From assembly GCA_021846685.1 (NCBI GenBank), contig JAJZWL010000002.1:9321-73320 (forward strand): 64,000 nt of DNA, in the 5' to 3' direction. This document shows, one piece after another, positions 9,307 through 17,193 of the stretch (the first letter of the stretch is position 1; each line of letters begins with the position of its first letter). The DNA comes from a bacterium (lineage in GTDB: Bacteria > Patescibacteriota > Dojkabacteria > JAKAPS01 > JAJZLI01). Below the pieces are notes generated by a model. It searched no databases, was not told the origin of the DNA, and saw only the letters and a list, made by a program, of their open reading frames with translations. The translations under genes were made by a program, and so were the position numbers.

Positions 9307-10430
9307 AAAAAAATATAGATAAAAAAAAGAGAATTTTAATATTAATGTCAAAAACAGGAAATGGGCATTTATCAGTAGCAGAAACTCTAAAAGAATATTT
9401 TGAATATGTAGATCCTGAGAAATATGAAGTTAAAATAGTTGATGCCCTACAAGACCACTCAAAAAGAATTGTAAAAAATATATCAAAATCATATGTACCT
9501 GTTGTGAAATATTTACCTACACTTTATACATCTGGTTTTTATTTCACTGACAATGAAATTAGATTATCCCTATTACTATCTTTAATAAGATTACAATCCA
9601 GAAAAAAAGTTACTACATTAATCGATACATTCCAACCTAACCTTATAATATCAGTACATCCACTTGTTAATAAAATTGCGGGCGAAATTTCAAAAAAAAA
9701 GAATATCCCATTTGGAGTTCTTATTACAGATATGTATAATGTTCACGAAAGTTGGTTTAACAGAGATGCTGACCTATATATTGCCCCTAATACTTATGTC
9801 GCAAAACAATGTAAAAAACATGGTATTCAAAATGTAAAAGCTTTTTCAATCCCTGTAAAATTAAAATTTTCAAAACCATTAGATCTAGATAAAATCAGGA
9901 AAAAATATAAACTAGATAAAGATAAACATACTATACTCTTTACCTTTGGAGGAGGAGGTACAGTTAACCCCGCAAAGATTCTTAAAGAACTAATAAAAAA
10001 AGATCCCAATAAATATCAAATTATTGTTAATAATGGAAAAAATATAAAAACATATAGAGAGATAGAAAAAATAAAAATAAAAAGCAAGATGAAAATAGTC
10101 AATTTGGGATTTATTAATAATATGGAAGAAATAATGAATATATCAGATATAGCAGTTTGTAAGGCAGGGGCAACTACAGTTCAAGAATTATTTTCAACAA
10201 CAGTTGTTCCAATAATAATTAATTATGTAAGAGGACAAGAGAAAGACTGCGCAGACTTTGTAAAATTAAAAAGAGCAGGAATTGTGAGTAAAAGAAAAGT
10301 AGTTGAAATTATAGAAAATATTACAAAAAATCCTAAACGACTAGAAAGGTATAAAAGAAATGAAGAAAAATTATCTGATAAAGAATCTGGATTAAAATCT
10401 ATTAAAGAATTTATTAAATTAATAAAATAA
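9303..10430 (+). CDS. Second MGDG-synthase/UgtP-like glycosyltransferase (GT28), tandem paralogue
   Basis: 'SKTGNGHLSVAETLKE' N-motif and 'CKAGATTVQELFSTTVVPIIIN' C-motif; ATGA overlap with the upstream paralogue. Confidence 0.6.
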   Translation: MKKNIDKKKRILILMSKTGNGHLSVAETLKEYFEYVDPEKYEVKIVDALQDHSKRIVKNISKSYVPVVKYLPTLYTSGFYFTDNEIRLSLLLSLIRLQSRKKVTTLIDTFQPNLIISVHPLVNKIAGEISKKKNIPFGVLITDMYNVHESWFNRDADLYIAPNTYVAKQCKKHGIQNVKAFSIPVKLKFSKPLDLDKIRKKYKLDKDKHTILFTFGGGGTVNPAKILKELIKKDPNKYQIIVNNGKNIKTYREIEKIKIKSKMKIVNLGFINNMEEIMNISDIAVCKAGATTVQELFSTTVVPIIINYVRGQEKDCADFVKLKRAGIVSKRKVVEIIENITKNPKRLERYKRNEEKLSDKESGLKSIKEFIKLIK

Positions 10431-10434
10431 AAAT

Positions 10435-11532
10435 ATGGAGATATTACTCGATGCAAGAGAAGCTACTGCTAATACAGGAACAGGTAATGTTATTCGAAAT
10501 CTATATCCCAATATAATAAAAACTGACAAAATAAACTCTTATACTATTTTATATTCAAAAACAGATCCTTTTCCTAATCTGAAATGTAGAAAAATAAAAT
10601 CTCCTAAGGATAAGGGTGCAAGGTTTACGTATATATGGCAAATCTTTGGATTATCTCATTTTTTAAATAAAAATAAATTTAATGTTTTTTTTTCAGTAGA
10701 GAATTTTGTATACCCTATATACTTTAAAGGAACTACTATTATATCCATACAAGACTTGATTCCAATTGCAATTGATAATTACTATGACAAATATAAAGAT
10801 AAAATAAAATATAAAATCCAGCTTTTATCTTTAAAATTCATGAAGAAAAATGATTTAATTTTTACGGTATCTAATTTTTCTAAAAATGAAATCATAAAAT
10901 ATTTGAAGATTAATAAAAATAAAATATTTGTAATTTACAATGGCATAAATATAAAAAAAGCTCCCATACTTTCTACTAGGTATTTAATGAAAAATAATAT
11001 TAAAAAACCTTATATACTAGCAATTGGAGGAGCTGAAAAAAGAAAAAATAATAAGACATTAATTGAAGCGTTTAATGAATTAAAAATTAAAGAAAAATTA
11101 GTTATTATAGGAAAAATAAATAGGGAAGAAAGTGCATCTCAATTTGATACATTAAACATTAAAAATAACAAAAATATAATAACACCAGGAATAGTTGATC
11201 AAAAAACTCTTAGTGCCTTATATAAAAATGCATCTGTATTTGTATTCCTATCTTATTATGAAGGTTTCGGGCTACCTCCACTAGAAGCTTTAAGCTTTTC
11301 AATTCCAACCCTATGTGCTGACAAGACGTCATTACCAGAAATATATAAAGACACAGTCCTATATGCAGATCCATTTAACAAAAATGAAATAAAGGAAAAA
11401 TTAATAGAAATTATCTCTAATCAGACTATGAGAGAAAAATTGATAAAAAACTCGAAACAACTTATTAAAGAATTAACTTGGCAAAAATCAGCAGAAAATT
11501 TTATTCAAACATTAAATACTATTCAAAAATGA
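10435..11532 (+). CDS. Glycosyltransferase family 4
   Basis: 'EGFGLPPLEALSFSIP' EX7E motif; paralogue of 7137..8252. Confidence 0.8.
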   Translation: MEILLDAREATANTGTGNVIRNLYPNIIKTDKINSYTILYSKTDPFPNLKCRKIKSPKDKGARFTYIWQIFGLSHFLNKNKFNVFFSVENFVYPIYFKGTTIISIQDLIPIAIDNYYDKYKDKIKYKIQLLSLKFMKKNDLIFTVSNFSKNEIIKYLKINKNKIFVIYNGINIKKAPILSTRYLMKNNIKKPYILAIGGAEKRKNNKTLIEAFNELKIKEKLVIIGKINREESASQFDTLNIKNNKNIITPGIVDQKTLSALYKNASVFVFLSYYEGFGLPPLEALSFSIPTLCADKTSLPEIYKDTVLYADPFNKNEIKEKLIEIISNQTMREKLIKNSKQLIKELTWQKSAENFIQTLNTIQK

Positions 11533-12518
11533 TAGATATTAAAAAAAATGTAAATCTAAAAAATTATACAACATTTAAAATTGGCGGTAATGCCGAATTA
11601 TTTTCTGAAGCCTTTAGTAATGAAGATTTAATAGATTTAATTAAATATGCACATATAAAAAAAATTCCTACTACTATAATAGGAGGAGGAAGTAATATTC
11701 TTATTTCAGACAATGGAATAAAGGGGCTTACTATCATAAATAGAGCAAAATCAATAGAGATTATTGAAAACCCTAAAATAGACTTTGAAACACAAAATAA
11801 TAAATCACGTTATCAAGAAGGAGAATATTTTAAATTCTCAGATTTAGATGATGATGATTCAATTTATGATAAAGTCATAGTGAAAGTATCCTCTGGAGTA
11901 AATTTGACTTATCTTATCAATGAAACATTATCCAAAGGTATAACAGGGATACAATATTTTACAGCCATTCCAGGATCAATAGGTGGAGCTATTTTTAATA
12001 ATATACATGGAGGATCAAAACTTATTGGAAATCTCGTATATAAAGCACGATTAATAGATTTAAAAGGAAATATTATAAAAGTTGATCATTCTTTTTTTAA
12101 TTTTGACTATGATAAATCTATATTACATGAAAATAAATATTTTCTTCTAGATGTAGAATTAATATTATTTAAAGGAAATATAGACAAAGCAAAAAATACA
12201 TCCAGAGAATGGCTAAAAAGAAAAAGAGCAGTACAACCGATACTTCCTTCAGCAGGATCTATATTTAAAAATATAACAGATGAAGAAAAAGAGGTCATCT
12301 CATCTCCTGTCAATTCAGCAGGTTGGGTAATAGAACAAGCTGGGATGAAAGGATACTCAATTGGTGGAGCTAAAGTATATGATAAACATGCTAATTATAT
12401 TATTAACACAGGAACAGCTACTCAAAAAGACGTATCCTCTCTAATATTGGAAATTAAAGAAAAAGTATTAAAAAAGTTTAAGATCGAAATTAATGAAGAA
12501 ATAATATTTAAAGAATAA
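11529..12518 (+). CDS. murB: UDP-N-acetylenolpyruvoylglucosamine reductase MurB (start set at the ATG overlapping the upstream TGA; the ORF track's 11478 start lies inside the previous gene)
   Basis: FAD-binding motifs 'NYTTFKIGGNAELF' and 'GGGSNIL'; C-terminal 'SAGSIFKN'; ATGA overlap at 11529-11532. Confidence 0.8.
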   Translation: MIDIKKNVNLKNYTTFKIGGNAELFSEAFSNEDLIDLIKYAHIKKIPTTIIGGGSNILISDNGIKGLTIINRAKSIEIIENPKIDFETQNNKSRYQEGEYFKFSDLDDDDSIYDKVIVKVSSGVNLTYLINETLSKGITGIQYFTAIPGSIGGAIFNNIHGGSKLIGNLVYKARLIDLKGNIIKVDHSFFNFDYDKSILHENKYFLLDVELILFKGNIDKAKNTSREWLKRKRAVQPILPSAGSIFKNITDEEKEVISSPVNSAGWVIEQAGMKGYSIGGAKVYDKHANYIINTGTATQKDVSSLILEIKEKVLKKFKIEINEEIIFKE

Positions 12519-12605
12519 TAATTTTACTTTTCTGTATTCTATTACCTCAAATTCATTCTTACCCTCTTTATTTTTTCCCTTATACTCCAATTCTATTCCA
12601 TAGAA
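12453..12605. repeat. Direct repeat copy 1 (~150 bp): the authentic 3' end of murB plus a truncated 3' remnant of the LysW-like gene
   Basis: About 95% identical to 13558..13708 by direct alignment of the two stretches; differs at a few positions (aaaaaagttta/aaaaagttca; ttctgtattc/ttcttcttc; ccatagaa/ccacagaa). Confidence 0.85.
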
Positions 12606-12716
12606 TTGTTAAAATATAAATATAAATATAAATTTCAAATTCATAATCATAAAACTATAGTTTCATACCAAAATACTTATTAATTAGAAATATCTTTATT
12701 TAATATAATTATAATA

Positions 12717-12746
12717 TTGACAAGAATAATCTAGTATGTATATAAT
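12717..12746 (+). promoter_or_regulatory. Near-consensus sigma70 promoter of the toxin-antitoxin operon (TTGACA-N18-TATAAT), giving a leaderless or near-leaderless transcript
   Basis: TTGACA 12717-12722 and TATAAT 12741-12746. The spacer contains the 20-bp CTAGTATG palindromic motif, a likely operator. Confidence 0.5.
12725..12743. repeat. Motif copy L (AATAATCTAGTATGTATAT) overlapping the TA promoter
   Basis: Imperfect inverted partner at 13293..13313; related direct copy at 13499..13516. Confidence 0.6.
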
Positions 12747-13029
12747 AGATAATATGAAAACAGCAACTGTTAATTTTAAAACAGATATATCAATTAAAAT
12801 AAAAGCTCAAGAGGTTGCTCATAAATTGGGTATTCCATTAAGTAATTTACTAAATGCATACCTTTATGAGCTCATTAATACAGGTAGTGTACATTTTACT
12901 ACTACTGAACCAATGACTGAAAAAATGGAAAAAATTATTGCGCAGGCAGAGTTAGAAATGGCTTCAGGAAAAGTTAGTGGTCCATTTAAAACTGTTGAAG
13001 AGTTCTTTGCCCATCTTGATAATTTATAA
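12736..13029 (+). CDS. dinJ: Type II antitoxin, RelB/DinJ family (ribbon-helix-helix); likely true start is the second Met at 12754
   Basis: 'KTATVNFKTDISIKIKAQEVAHKLGIPLSNLLNAYLYELINTGSV' matches the DinJ/RelB N-terminal RHH pattern; stop overlaps the toxin start (TAATG). Confidence 0.6.
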   Translation: MYIIDNMKTATVNFKTDISIKIKAQEVAHKLGIPLSNLLNAYLYELINTGSVHFTTTEPMTEKMEKIIAQAELEMASGKVSGPFKTVEEFFAHLDNL

Positions 13030-13286
13030 TGAATATTCAGACTACAAAAAATTTCGATAAACAGTACTCAAAACTCAATATAAAAATTAAAAATCAGTTT
13101 AAAAAGAATATAGAATTATTTAAACTTAATCCATTTGACATAACTTTAAGAAATCACGCACTTAAAGGAAGGTACTTAGGATATAGAAGTATTGATATTA
13201 GCGGAGATGTTAGAGCATTATATACAGTCAAAGGAAATACTATAATTATATTTGCATTCATTGGTACACATAGTCAATTATATTAA
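13029..13286 (+). CDS. yafQ: Type II toxin, RelE/YafQ-family mRNA interferase
   Basis: 'HALKGRYLGYRSIDISGDVRALYTVKGNTIIIFAFIGTHSQLY' aligns with the E. coli YafQ C-terminus (HPLQGSWKGYRDAHVEPDWILIYKL...LRFERTGTHAALF). Confidence 0.65.
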   Translation: MNIQTTKNFDKQYSKLNIKIKNQFKKNIELFKLNPFDITLRNHALKGRYLGYRSIDISGDVRALYTVKGNTIIIFAFIGTHSQLY

Positions 13287-13292
13287 CACAAA

Positions 13293-13313
13293 ATAGACAT
13301 ACTAGGATTATCT
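13293..13313. repeat. Motif copy R (inverted): ATAGACATACTAGGATTATCT
   Basis: Its reverse complement AGATAATCCTAGTATGTCTAT matches 12725..12743 at about 18/20 positions with one indel; starts 7 nt after the toxin stop. Confidence 0.55.
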
Positions 13314-13498
13314 ATCTACAGAAATAAAGCTATTGATTTTTAGATATATACAAAAACCTTTTATCTCAATTAAAAAATATCCTATTAAATACAATTTAGA
13401 TTATTTAATGCTATCTAATCAATATCATGATGATGGCGTAACAATAAGAAATATATTTAAATAATAAATATATCTAAGAAATTAAAAGTACACTCTTA

Positions 13499-13530
13499 AC
13501 TAGTATGAGATATAAATTAATATAATGTGA
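13499..13530. repeat. Third, direct copy of the CTAGTATG motif plus a TATAAT box (partial duplicate of the TA promoter region)
   Basis: 'ACTAGTATGAGATATAAATTAATATAATG' compared with the promoter 'TCTAGTATGTATATAATAGATAATATG'. Confidence 0.45.
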
Positions 13531-13557
13531 TAAAATAGCGTACTAGAGTATCATTAT

Positions 13558-13708
13558 ATTAAAGAAAAAGTATTAAAAAGTTCAAGATCGAAATTAATGA
13601 AGAAATAATATTTAAAGAATAATAATTTTACTTTTCTTCTTCTATTACCTCAAATTCATTCTTACCCTCTTTATTTTTTCCCTTATACTCCAATTCTATT
13701 CCACAGAA
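13558..13708. repeat. Direct repeat copy 2 (~150 bp): a non-functional copy of the murB 3' end plus the authentic 3' end of the LysW-like gene
   Basis: See copy 1. Here the murB-derived part is a remnant and the LysW-like gene reads through intact. Confidence 0.85.
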
Positions 13709-13786
13709 AGGACACTCAACTGTCTCTCCTACAGAAACTTTTTCTATCTTAAATTCATTTTGACACTCAGTACATGTAATATCCAT
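13628..13786 (-). CDS. Small (52 aa) zinc-ribbon protein resembling LysW/ArgW amino-group carrier proteins; below the ORF-track length cutoff
   Basis: Hand translation of the minus strand gives MDITCTECQNEFKIEKVSVGETVECPFCGIELEYKGKNKEGKNEFEVIEEEK. The CxxC-x12-GE-x-V-x-C-x-x-CG-x-ELE pattern aligns with Thermus LysW (TCPECGAEINLENPELGELVVCEDCGAELEV) and the tail is acidic. Unlike canonical LysW (EDWGE), it ends in Lys. Confidence 0.5.
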   Translation of the reverse strand: MDITCTECQNEFKIEKVSVGETVECPFCGIELEYKGKNKEGKNEFEVIEEEK

Positions 13787-13894
13787 ATGCACCTATTATA
13801 CAATAAATATATCAAATATCAAATTATTAAAATTCAAAATACATGTTCTATCATTGCTTTAAGTAAAGTTACTATGTTACCATAATTAGCAATT

Positions 13895-16255
13895 ATGCAA
13901 GAAGGATATAATTTTAAAGAAATTGAAAAAAAATGGAGAGAGTTTTGGAAAAAAACAGAACTTTATAAAACTGATATATATACTAAAAAAAATAAGGCCT
14001 ATATATTAGATATGCTTCCATATCCTTCTGGAGCAGGATTACATGTTGGCCATCTTAAAGGTTATGTCGGTAGTGATGTTACCGCAAGATATAAAAGATT
14101 AAAAGGTTTCGAAATTTTACATCCAATGGGATGGGATGCATTTGGACTTCCAACAGAAAATTTTGCTATAAAAACTGGGAAAGATCCCTATACAGTAACT
14201 GAAGAAAATATTTCAGAATTTAAAAAAGAATTAATAAATGTAGGACTTAGTATTGACTGGGATAAAGAAATTAATACTTCACACAAAGATTACTATAAAT
14301 TCACACAATTATTATTTCTGAAATTATATAAAAAAGGATTAGCAGAGAAAAAAAAATCTCCCGTTAATTGGTGTCCTTCATGTAAAACCGTACTTTCAAA
14401 TGAACAATCAATTGGAGGAGTATGTGAAAGATGTGATAATCAAATTGAGATAAAAATTATCGATCAATGGTACTTCAAAATAACAGAATACGCTGAAAGA
14501 CTATTAAACGATATACCTTCACTTAAGTGGCCTGTATCAACAAAAAAAATGCAAGAAAAATGGATAGGGAAAAGTAAAGGTGCTGAAATTAGTTTCAAAA
14601 TAGAAAACAAAGATTTTAATCTTAATATATTTACTACAAAACCTGAAACTATATATGGAGTAACTTTTATAGTAATTGCTCCTGAAAATACATTAATAGA
14701 TAAAATCACAACAAAAGAATATCAAACAGATGTGAAAAATTATATAAAAAATATATCACCTCAATCTGAAATAGAGAGAAAAAAAGATGTGAAAACAGGA
14801 GTGTTTACAGGATCCTTTGCTATAAATCCAATAAATAATAATAAAATTCCAATCTGGATAGCAGACTATGTACTTATGGAATATGGAACAGGGGCAGTAA
14901 TGGGAGTTCCTGCTCATGATAAAAGAGATTTACTCTTCGCAACAAAACATGATCTTAAAGTTGAATTTGTATTAGATGAAAATATTAAAGATTATAAACA
15001 GTCAAAAATGATAATAGGGGAATATAAAGGGAAGTATGTAGAAGAGGTAAGAGATAATATAATTAAAGATATCAAAGGAGCTAAACACAAAACAGAATAT
15101 AAATTGAGAGATTGGTCAATATCTAGAGAAAGATTTTGGGGAGCACCAATTCCTATTATATACTGTGATCAATGTGGAGAAGTTCCCGTAAAAGAATCTG
15201 ATCTCCCAGTTATTTTGCCAGATGATATTACTAATTATAAGCCAACTGGAGTAGCCCCTTTAACAAAATCTGATCAATTTATGAATACAAAATGCCCTAA
15301 TTGTAATGGGGATGCAAAAAGAGAAGCAAAAACAATGGATACTTTTGTAGATTCATCTTGGTACTACTTAAGGTATATTGATCCTTATAATAAAAAAGAA
15401 TTTGGAAACAAAGACAGTCTTAATAAATGGATGCCAGTTGATTTATATATAGGAGGAAGTGAACATGCAGTTGGTCATTTACTATATTCAAGATTCATAA
15501 CTAAATTTTTATATGATGAAGGATATTTAAATTTTTCAGAACCTTTTGAACAATTAAAACATGTAGGATTAATATATGGAGAAGATAAAAGAAAAATGAG
15601 CAAAAGGTGGGGAAATGTTATTACTGCTAAATTTGTATTAGATGAATATGGAGCAGATGTAACAAGGTTATATGAAATGTTTATGGAACCATTTGAACAA
15701 TATGCGTTTTGGAATACAAATGCTATTATAGGTGTCAAAAGATTTATTAACAGGGTATGGAAACTTCAATACATAATATCTAAAAAAGAACATCCAGAAG
15801 AAACAATAGCAACGAATAAACTAATTCAAAAAGTAGATGAATATATTAAAAAAGGAAAATATAATCTATCAGTTAGTGAATATATGAAATATATGAATAA
15901 AATAGAAGAGCTAGGATCAATTACAAAAGAAAATTTTGAGAAATTTTTAATTACACTTTCACCTTATGCACCATTCATTTCTGAAGAATTATTCTCCATA
16001 TTAGGACACAATGAAAGTATACATCTATCTTCATGGCCTCAAGTTCAAAATAACTCCATAAAGGAAACTCATATAACATTACCAGTACAGATAAATGGTA
16101 AATTAAGAGGAACAATTTATATAGAAATAGACTCCAGTGAAAAAACAGTATTAGAAAAAATAAATAAGGATGATAAGTTATCACAAAAAATTGATCTTGA
16201 GAATATAAAAAAAGTTATTTATGTAAAAAATAAAATTATAAATATACTTAATTAA
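13895..16255 (+). CDS. leuS: Leucyl-tRNA synthetase
   Basis: HVGH (HIGH) motif, editing domain, 'KMSKRWGN' (KMSKS) motif, 786 aa. Confidence 0.95.
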   Translation: MQEGYNFKEIEKKWREFWKKTELYKTDIYTKKNKAYILDMLPYPSGAGLHVGHLKGYVGSDVTARYKRLKGFEILHPMGWDAFGLPTENFAIKTGKDPYTVTEENISEFKKELINVGLSIDWDKEINTSHKDYYKFTQLLFLKLYKKGLAEKKKSPVNWCPSCKTVLSNEQSIGGVCERCDNQIEIKIIDQWYFKITEYAERLLNDIPSLKWPVSTKKMQEKWIGKSKGAEISFKIENKDFNLNIFTTKPETIYGVTFIVIAPENTLIDKITTKEYQTDVKNYIKNISPQSEIERKKDVKTGVFTGSFAINPINNNKIPIWIADYVLMEYGTGAVMGVPAHDKRDLLFATKHDLKVEFVLDENIKDYKQSKMIIGEYKGKYVEEVRDNIIKDIKGAKHKTEYKLRDWSISRERFWGAPIPIIYCDQCGEVPVKESDLPVILPDDITNYKPTGVAPLTKSDQFMNTKCPNCNGDAKREAKTMDTFVDSSWYYLRYIDPYNKKEFGNKDSLNKWMPVDLYIGGSEHAVGHLLYSRFITKFLYDEGYLNFSEPFEQLKHVGLIYGEDKRKMSKRWGNVITAKFVLDEYGADVTRLYEMFMEPFEQYAFWNTNAIIGVKRFINRVWKLQYIISKKEHPEETIATNKLIQKVDEYIKKGKYNLSVSEYMKYMNKIEELGSITKENFEKFLITLSPYAPFISEELFSILGHNESIHLSSWPQVQNNSIKETHITLPVQINGKLRGTIYIEIDSSEKTVLEKINKDDKLSQKIDLENIKKVIYVKNKIINILN

Positions 16256-16257
16256 TT

Positions 16258-17193
16258 ATGGACAATTCCGAAAAAAAAGGTATATGGCTATATGAAGATA
16301 TTTATTCTTATAAAATCAAAGGTGAAAATAGAATAAGTATTGGAGAAGGAAATACCCAACTAGAAAGATTAAAGTTCTTAGAAATAGCATTAGGGATCCC
16401 TGTTATATATGCAAAAAGAGAAGATAAAAATCCTACAGGATCAGCTAAAGATAGATCCACTGCTTTCTTTTTTTCTTATCTTAAATCTAATAGAATAAAT
16501 GAAGTTGTAATTCCGTCTTCTGGTAATACAGCAATATCTGCAGCATATTATGGAAAGATAACAGGGATTAAATTATATTTATTTATATCAGAAAATTTTT
16601 CAATTATAAAAAACCAAAGATTAAATAAAGCTTTAAAAAACAATAAAAATATAGAAATTATTAAATCAAAAAGACCTTTATCTGATGCCATTAAATATGC
16701 AAAAGAAAATCATATAGAACTATTTAGAGGATCTACCTCACAAATAGCAATTGAAGGATATAAAAGCTTAGGAGAAGAATTATCATTAATAAGAGCAGAT
16801 GCTCTGTTTATCCCTATAAGTAGTGGAACTACAATAGAAGGAATATCAAAAAGATTAAATAAAAATTGCCACATACATATAGTACAGACATCAAAAATTA
16901 ATACTATCTCAAGATTATTTGATACTAATTTTAAATCAGAGAATGTCACCCTAGCAGACTCAATAGTAGCTAGAGTTACTGAAAGAAAAAAAGCTATTGA
17001 AGACATAATAAATAAAACTAAAGGGTGGGGTTGGACAGTGGAAAATACAGAGATTCAAGAATGTCATGATTTATTAATAAAAAATGGAATAAATACATCT
17101 TATGACTCCAGTATCACTATTGCAGCTCTAATGAAGGCAATAAAAAAGGGATATAAATTTAAAAAAGTTATATTAGTTTTCACAGGAAAATGA
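16258..17193 (+). CDS. Threonine synthase-family PLP-dependent enzyme (fold type II), short form
   Basis: 'GEGNTQL', catalytic-lysine motif 'NPTGSAKDR', 'SSGNTAISAAYYG', and 'IPISSGTT' mirroring ThrC motifs. 311 aa, shorter than typical ThrC. Confidence 0.65.
   Translation: MDNSEKKGIWLYEDIYSYKIKGENRISIGEGNTQLERLKFLEIALGIPVIYAKREDKNPTGSAKDRSTAFFFSYLKSNRINEVVIPSSGNTAISAAYYGKITGIKLYLFISENFSIIKNQRLNKALKNNKNIEIIKSKRPLSDAIKYAKENHIELFRGSTSQIAIEGYKSLGEELSLIRADALFIPISSGTTIEGISKRLNKNCHIHIVQTSKINTISRLFDTNFKSENVTLADSIVARVTERKKAIEDIINKTKGWGWTVENTEIQECHDLLIKNGINTSYDSSITIAALMKAIKKGYKFKKVILVFTGK

Noticed and set aside
11478-11528. Upstream extension of murB offered by the ORF track (start 11478)
   Set aside because: It would overlap the last 18 codons of the GT4 gene in another frame. 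The ATG at 11529 forms the usual ATGA stop/start junction and matches the conserved MurB N-terminus, so the shorter form was used.
12606-12716. (ATAAAT)x3 microsatellite and possible small ORFs in the spacer between repeat copy 1 and the TA promoter
   Set aside because: A three-unit AT repeat is unremarkable in this composition. No open frame longer than ~20 codons with a plausible start is present.
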